This document shows, one piece after another, positions 27,407 to 32,000 of a stretch of DNA of 32,000 nt. This DNA comes from Microcystis aeruginosa NIES-843 (lineage in GTDB: Bacteria > Cyanobacteriota > Cyanobacteriia > Cyanobacteriales > Microcystaceae), in NCBI RefSeq assembly GCF_000010625.1, contig NC_010296.1, positions 3,030,001-3,062,000 on the forward strand. The letters are read 5' to 3'. The position numbers and the translations under genes are program-made. Numbering within the stretch: position 1 is the first letter of the stretch; each line of letters opens with the position of its first letter. The notes beneath the pieces were generated by a model, which had not been told where the DNA came from, made no database searches, and saw nothing but the letters and a program-made list of their open reading frames with translations.

Positions 27407-27886
27407 GTGACCCTAAGAAAAGCCGTTGAGCTATGGGGATTACATCCCAATACATTAAGAGAATATGCCGATGAAGGGAAAATCAAAAGTATCAAAAACG
27501 AAGCAGGGCAACGATTGTACGATGTCCAGTCTTACGTCAATGGTGCAGCTAGAGCTTCCCTTGTTTGCTACTGCCGAGTCAGTTCCATCAAGCAACGAGA
27601 TGACCTTGAGAGACAAGTCAGCTTTATGCGCGGATTCTATCCAGAGGCAGAAATCATCCAAGACATCGCTAGTGGGTTTAACTTCCCAAGAAAAGGACTT
27701 AGAGCCACACTGGACAGATTATTGTGGGGAAATAAACTCACAATTGTTATGTCCACACTGGACAGATTATGCCGATTTAGATTCGAGCTTATACAGTACA
27801 TGGTCGAACAAAACGGTAGCAAAATCTTGGTTCTCGACCAAACTGTTCATAGTCCCGAATCAGAACTTACAGCAGACTTGTTATAA
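27407..27886 (+). pseudogene. tnpA: IS607-type serine recombinase (MerR-like HTH + resolvase catalytic domain) with a premature stop codon
   Basis: GTG start. HTH: LRKAVELWGLHPNTLREYADEGKI. Catalytic region: CYCRVSSIKQRDDLERQ. After ...ESELTADLL a TAA (27884-27886) interrupts the frame. The same frame then continues [25 protein letters not shown], which is the conserved C-terminal helix of these recombinases. This points to a single nonsense mutation. Confidence 0.75.
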
Positions 27887-27950
27887 ATACTTCACATCTT
27901 CTCTTGCCGAATGCCCGGACTCAGGAAGTACGCTCAAAAAATCAAAGAAA

Positions 27951-29051
27951 GTGCGGATTTATCCAACAACAGAACAGAAGAAACTGATGAAACACTGGTG
28001 GGGAGTATCTCGGTTTGTCTTCAACCAAACCATTAAATATCTACAGGAACCAGATAGAAAAGCTAATTGGAAGGCTATCAAGACGGGAATCATTAATGAT
28101 TTACCAGAATGGGCTAAAGAAGTCCCCTACCAGATTAAATCAATAGCAGTCAAAGACGCTTGTGAAGCCGTTAAAAATGCTCAAAGAAAATATCAAAAAA
28201 CTGGGGAAATCCAGAAAGTAAAATTCCGTTCCCGTAAAGATAAACAGCAATCCTGTTATATTCCTAAGTCAGCCATTTCAGAAAAAGGAATATATCACAC
28301 AAAATTAGGGCAAATACGCTTCACCGAATCACTGCCCGACAATTTTGGGGATAGCCGATTAGTATCCAGAAATGGACAATACTATTTAGCTATTCCCCAT
28401 GAGGTGCAACGATGCGAATCCGATAACCAAGGACGCATTGTCGCCCTAGACCCCGGTGTTAGAGATTTTCTGGCACTATTCTCGCCTAATAGTTTTGGCT
28501 CAATCGGGAGTCAGGATATAGGTAAAATCCAACGATTATGCTATCACCTTGATGATTTAATTTCTCGTTCTACCAAAGTTAATGCTAAAACCAGAAACCG
28601 TTATCGAAAAGCATCTAATCGACTAAGAAATAAAATCAGGAATTTAGTAGATGAACTTCATCATCAAGTTGCTAGATTCCTAGTTGATAACTTTGATGTG
28701 ATTCTTTTGCCTACTTTTGAAGTGTCAGAAATGGTTCTAAAAAATAGCAGGAAGATTCGCTCAAAATCTGTTAGACAGATGCTTAACTGGTCTCATTACC
28801 GATTTAAGCAATTTCTCAAGCATAAGGCTTTTGAGATGGGTAAATTAGTAATAGACTGCTGTGAAGCCTATACGTCGAAAACAGTTAGCTGGACTGGTGA
28901 ATTAATACATAACTTAGGTGGAAAAAAAGTCATTAAATCCAAGATTGATGGCAAGACGATGGATAGAGATATTAATGGCGCACGAGGAATTTTTCTTCGT
29001 GCTTTGGGAGATACCCCCTCTTTAAGAGACTCTCTTAGAGTGCATTGTTAA
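27951..29051 (+). CDS. tnpB: TnpB-like protein of the IS607-associated type. The ORF is intact but all four zinc-finger cysteine positions are substituted.
   Basis: [25 protein letters not shown] (typical N-terminus), [21 protein letters not shown] and [16 protein letters not shown] (RuvC-like acidic motifs). The expected YTSKTCSxCG...C..CG...DRD reads [34 protein letters not shown]. The start is inferred as the GTG at 27951. The ORF-track start at 27465 is an upstream read-through across tnpA in another frame. Confidence 0.75.
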   Translation: MRIYPTTEQKKLMKHWWGVSRFVFNQTIKYLQEPDRKANWKAIKTGIINDLPEWAKEVPYQIKSIAVKDACEAVKNAQRKYQKTGEIQKVKFRSRKDKQQSCYIPKSAISEKGIYHTKLGQIRFTESLPDNFGDSRLVSRNGQYYLAIPHEVQRCESDNQGRIVALDPGVRDFLALFSPNSFGSIGSQDIGKIQRLCYHLDDLISRSTKVNAKTRNRYRKASNRLRNKIRNLVDELHHQVARFLVDNFDVILLPTFEVSEMVLKNSRKIRSKSVRQMLNWSHYRFKQFLKHKAFEMGKLVIDCCEAYTSKTVSWTGELIHNLGGKKVIKSKIDGKTMDRDINGARGIFLRALGDTPSLRDSLRVHC

Positions 29052-29092
29052 TGTATGTTAGCAAAAAAGTATCGGTATGGAATGAGGTCAGC

Positions 29093-30529
29093 GTGCTATT
29101 AAATACCTACGATCCCGAAGGCTTCTACGACGAACTATTCTTAGATGATGGTCAACCTCGTCCCCACTCGTCCCCTTTAATCAAATGGTTGCAGAATCTG
29201 CCGCCCCGAGAACTTCAACAACACCGGGAAACCGCTCAGTCGGCCCTGTTTGAATTGGGGGTGACTTTCAATGTCTATAGCGACAATCAAGGGGTAGAAA
29301 AAATCTTTCCTTTTGATATTATTCCCCGAATTGTCGCAGCTGAGGACTGGGATTATTTAGAAAGAGGCCTGAAACAACGCATCAAAGCCCTCAATCTTTT
29401 TCTCTCCGATATCTATAATGACCAGTTAATCATTAAAGATGGCATTATTCCCCCCGAATTAATCGCCTCGGCGACGGGATTTCTGAAACCCTGTGTGGGA
29501 CTAAAACCCGCCGGAGGTATCTGGTGTCACATCACGGGAACCGATTTAGTCCGCGATAAAGATGGTCAATGGTACGTTTTAGAAGATAATTTGCGGGTTC
29601 CTTCCGGTATTTCCTATGTCCTCGAAAATCGTCGGGTAATGAAAAGCACCTTCCCCGATATTTTCCAGACAATGAATGTTAAACCGGTGGATGATTATCC
29701 TTCCCATCTGTTGGAAACTCTCCTTAATTTAGCCCCGCCCCAATTGCCTAACCCCACCGTGGTGGTTTTAACCCCCGGAACCTATAATTCTGCCTACTTT
29801 GAACATTCTTTTATTGCCCAACAAATGGGGGTAGAATTAGTGGAAGGGCGTGATTTAGTCGTCTTTGATGGTTATCTACAAATGAAAACCACCAAGGGAT
29901 TAAGACGGGTAGATGTGGTATATCGTCGCCTCGATGATGACTTTTTAGATCCGGCGGTTTTTCGTCCCGATTCGATGTTGGGTGTACCCGGATTATTAAA
30001 AGTTTTCCAGGAAGGCCGCGTCGCTTTAGCTAATGCCCCTGGTACGGGAGTCGCCGATGATAAGGTTATTTATGCTTTTGTCCCCGATATGATTCGTTAT
30101 TATCTGGGAGAAGAAGCGATTTTAAATAACGTTCCTACCTATCTTTGTTGGCGAGAAAAGGACTTAGATTATGTCTTAAATAATCTCGATAAGTTAGTTG
30201 TGAAAGCCGCTAATGAGTCGGGAGGTTATGGGATGTTAGTCGGTTCTCAAGCTACCCCCGAACAAAGGGCAGAATTCGCCCCACGCATTGCTGCTAATCC
30301 CCGCAATTATATCGCTCAACCGGTGTTAAGTCTTTCTAGAGTTCCCACTTTAATTGACACGGAAGTTGAAGGTCGTCATGTGGATTTACGTCCCTATATT
30401 CTCCATCGGGGTGATGAAATTTATGTGCATCCCGGGGGGTTAACTCGCGTGGCTTTGAAAAAGGGTTCTTTAGTGGTTAATTCTTCTCAAGGTGGTGGCA
30501 GTAAAGACACTTGGGTTTTAACCAAGTAA
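29093..30529 (+). CDS. Circularly permuted type-2 ATP-grasp protein (DUF404/DUF407-like)
   Basis: From the GTG at 29093 (GAGG at 29084-29087): [26 protein letters not shown]...[14 protein letters not shown]...[19 protein letters not shown]...[17 protein letters not shown]...[16 protein letters not shown].... This matches the family end to end. The ORF-track ATG at 29045 overlaps the tnpB stop and adds 16 non-conserved codons. Confidence 0.85.
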   Translation: MLLNTYDPEGFYDELFLDDGQPRPHSSPLIKWLQNLPPRELQQHRETAQSALFELGVTFNVYSDNQGVEKIFPFDIIPRIVAAEDWDYLERGLKQRIKALNLFLSDIYNDQLIIKDGIIPPELIASATGFLKPCVGLKPAGGIWCHITGTDLVRDKDGQWYVLEDNLRVPSGISYVLENRRVMKSTFPDIFQTMNVKPVDDYPSHLLETLLNLAPPQLPNPTVVVLTPGTYNSAYFEHSFIAQQMGVELVEGRDLVVFDGYLQMKTTKGLRRVDVVYRRLDDDFLDPAVFRPDSMLGVPGLLKVFQEGRVALANAPGTGVADDKVIYAFVPDMIRYYLGEEAILNNVPTYLCWREKDLDYVLNNLDKLVVKAANESGGYGMLVGSQATPEQRAEFAPRIAANPRNYIAQPVLSLSRVPTLIDTEVEGRHVDLRPYILHRGDEIYVHPGGLTRVALKKGSLVVNSSQGGGSKDTWVLTK

Positions 30530-30643
30530 TCAAGACAATAATCAAAATTTTGCTGGGTTACGGCCAAAATTAAATCATGAGTCGAGTGCATAAATTATTT
30601 TCGCCCAATCCACCCTAACCTTTTCACTTTTTCCTGGTTAATT

Positions 30644-31645
30644 ATGCTTAGTAGAGTTGCCGATTCAATTTATTGGTTAAATCGCTATATTGAACGGGCA
30701 GAAAATGTCGCCCGGTTTATGGATGTTAACCTTAATTTAATGTTAGATGTACCTACCAGTGTTTTGCAACAGTGGGAACCTTTGGTTTTAACCACGGGAG
30801 ATTTAGAACAATTCAAGAAACGTTACGGCACAGCCACCGCAGAAAATGTGATCAATTTCTTGACATTTGACACGGAATATAGTAGTTCAATTATCTCTTG
30901 TTTGCGCTGGGCGCGAGAAAATGCTCGGTCAGTTCGCGAGATTATTTCTTCGGAAATGTGGGAACAGGTTAATGGTTTTTTCTTAATGGTAAAAGATGCT
31001 TCCTCTTACCATCCTCAAACTACTTTACCGAACTTTTTTACCCAAGTTAAATTGGCTAGTCACCGTTTTGCAGGGGTGATGGATGCAACGATGACTCATA
31101 ATGAAGGTTGGCATTTTGGCGTTATGGGAAGATTACAGGAACGCGCCGATAAAACCGCCAGAATTCTTGATGTTAAATACTATTATCTCTTGCCTTCCGC
31201 TCAATGGGTAGGAACTTCTCTAGACCAAATTCAATGGATTGCTTTACTGCGGTCGGTGAGTGCCTACGAAATGTATCGTAAATGTCAACGACGGATTACT
31301 CCTAGTGACGTGGCCGAATTTTTAATTCTTAATCGAGAATTTCCTCGTTCAATTCACTTTTGTCTGCGGGAATTAGACCACTGTTTGCATCAAGTTACAG
31401 GGACTCCTATAGGAACTTGGGGGAATTCGGTAGAAAGAAGTTTAGGGCGACTTTGTGCCGAAATGAGTTATCTAACTATCGAGGATGTTATTGAAATGGG
31501 ATTGCATGAATTCCTCGACCATATTCAAAAAAGAGTTAATGATGTGGGAATAAAAATGACAGAAACTTTCTTTGTTTTTAATCCCGAACTTGCCCCACCT
31601 CTGCCAGTAAATAACTTTCAATATCAATCCCAATTAACAACTTAA
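30644..31645 (+). CDS. Alpha-E domain protein (DUF403)
   Basis: MLSRVADSIYWLNRYIERAENVARFMDVNLNLMLD...GWHFGVMGRLQERADKTARILDVKY...SVSAYEMYRK..., a characteristic alpha-E family sequence. It sits between the ATP-grasp and transglutaminase genes. Confidence 0.85.
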   Translation: MLSRVADSIYWLNRYIERAENVARFMDVNLNLMLDVPTSVLQQWEPLVLTTGDLEQFKKRYGTATAENVINFLTFDTEYSSSIISCLRWARENARSVREIISSEMWEQVNGFFLMVKDASSYHPQTTLPNFFTQVKLASHRFAGVMDATMTHNEGWHFGVMGRLQERADKTARILDVKYYYLLPSAQWVGTSLDQIQWIALLRSVSAYEMYRKCQRRITPSDVAEFLILNREFPRSIHFCLRELDHCLHQVTGTPIGTWGNSVERSLGRLCAEMSYLTIEDVIEMGLHEFLDHIQKRVNDVGIKMTETFFVFNPELAPPLPVNNFQYQSQLTT

Positions 31646-32000
31646 TGCGTTATCACATTCGGCATCAAACCAACTATTTCTATAATCAACCCGTGATTTT
31701 ATCACCCCATCTGCTGCGCTTGCGACCAAAATCCGATGGTGGGCAAACTTTGCGAGAGTTCACACTCAAAATTAACCCAGAACCTTTAACAATAACTAAT
31801 ATTATCGACCTCGATGGCAATTCTTGTTTACAAATTTGGTTTAATCAACCGACGGAAGAATTATTGATTGATGTGGTCAGTGAAGTAGAAACCCATGGGG
31901 TTAATCCTTTTCAGTATTTGTTGGAACCTTGGGCGACCTGTTTACCCTTTGATTATCCCATTTCTCTCCACAGTCAATTACAACCCTACAGACAATTTTA
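31645..32000 (+). CDS. Transglutaminase-family protein, N-terminal part (continues beyond the window)
   Basis: The ATG overlaps the upstream stop (TAATG). My translation: MRYHIRHQTNYFYNQPVILSPHLLRLRPKSDGGQTLREFTLKINPEP.... This is the bacterial transglutaminase N-terminal domain pattern and the third member of the conserved triad. Confidence 0.8.
   Translation, partial: MRYHIRHQTNYFYNQPVILSPHLLRLRPKSDGGQTLREFTLKINPEPLTITNIIDLDGNSCLQIWFNQPTEELLIDVVSEVETHGVNPFQYLLEPWATCLPFDYPISLHSQLQPYRQF

Larger units (their letters stand above)
27340..29080 (+). mobile_element. IS607-family-like element (serine-recombinase tnpA + tnpB). The boundaries are approximate.
   Basis: The gene pair and its order are typical of IS607. 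The element lies between the petB upstream region and the ATP-grasp gene start (GTG 29093). The family lacks obvious terminal inverted repeats, so the ends cannot be placed from a single copy. Confidence 0.55.

Noticed and set aside
27465-27950. N-terminal 162 codons of the 528-aa ORF-track protein
   Set aside because: This part overlaps the serine-recombinase gene in another frame and has no TnpB-like sequence. The conserved TnpB N-terminus (RIYPTTEQ) starts near 27951. The long ORF is an upstream open-frame artefact.
29023-29037. 15-bp palindrome TAAGAGACTCTCTTA near the tnpB 3' end, considered as an IS607 end or recombination site
   Set aside because: It has a single central nucleotide and so cannot form a hairpin. 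It lies inside the coding sequence. The match is short enough to be fortuitous without a matching left-end copy, and I could not find one.

Overview
This is a cyanobacterial chromosome segment. The evidence is four HIP1 GCGATCGC palindromes, petB-petD, and Pil/Hmp-type taxis genes. A Microcystis-like origin is only an inference from the density of IS elements and repeats. The window is a mosaic of core genes and mobile or accessory DNA. From left to right it contains the following. (1) A group II intron on the minus strand that runs off the window start. Its RT/maturase ORF is split by an intact IS630-family element flanked by a TA duplication. (2) An amidohydrolase-2 gene that appears to be truncated at its 3' end. 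(3) A visibly AT-rich block that I consider the most interesting part. It encodes a 700-aa carotenoid/stilbene-oxygenase-like protein and a 1903-aa protein with Ser/Thr kinase, P-loop STAND-like, helical-repeat and GAF modules. The usual histidine-kinase output of that large protein is replaced by a second 'AAA-like' NTPase module. A convergent paralogous HTH + AAA-like NTPase gene follows. (4) A GT2-TPR glycosyltransferase. (5) pilJ-pilI-pilH (MCP, CheW, CheY) transcribed divergently from hmpF. About 2.9 kb of decayed gene fragments, G/C-rich repeats and a TnpB-only IS200/IS605-like element sit where a PatA-type regulator would be expected. (6) A small conserved ORF and a squalene/phytoene-synthase-like gene. 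(7) petB-petD. (8) An IS607-like element that directly abuts a circularly permuted ATP-grasp / alpha-E / transglutaminase triad. Its serine recombinase carries a nonsense mutation and its TnpB lacks all zinc-finger cysteines. I found no rRNA, tRNA or CRISPR array.
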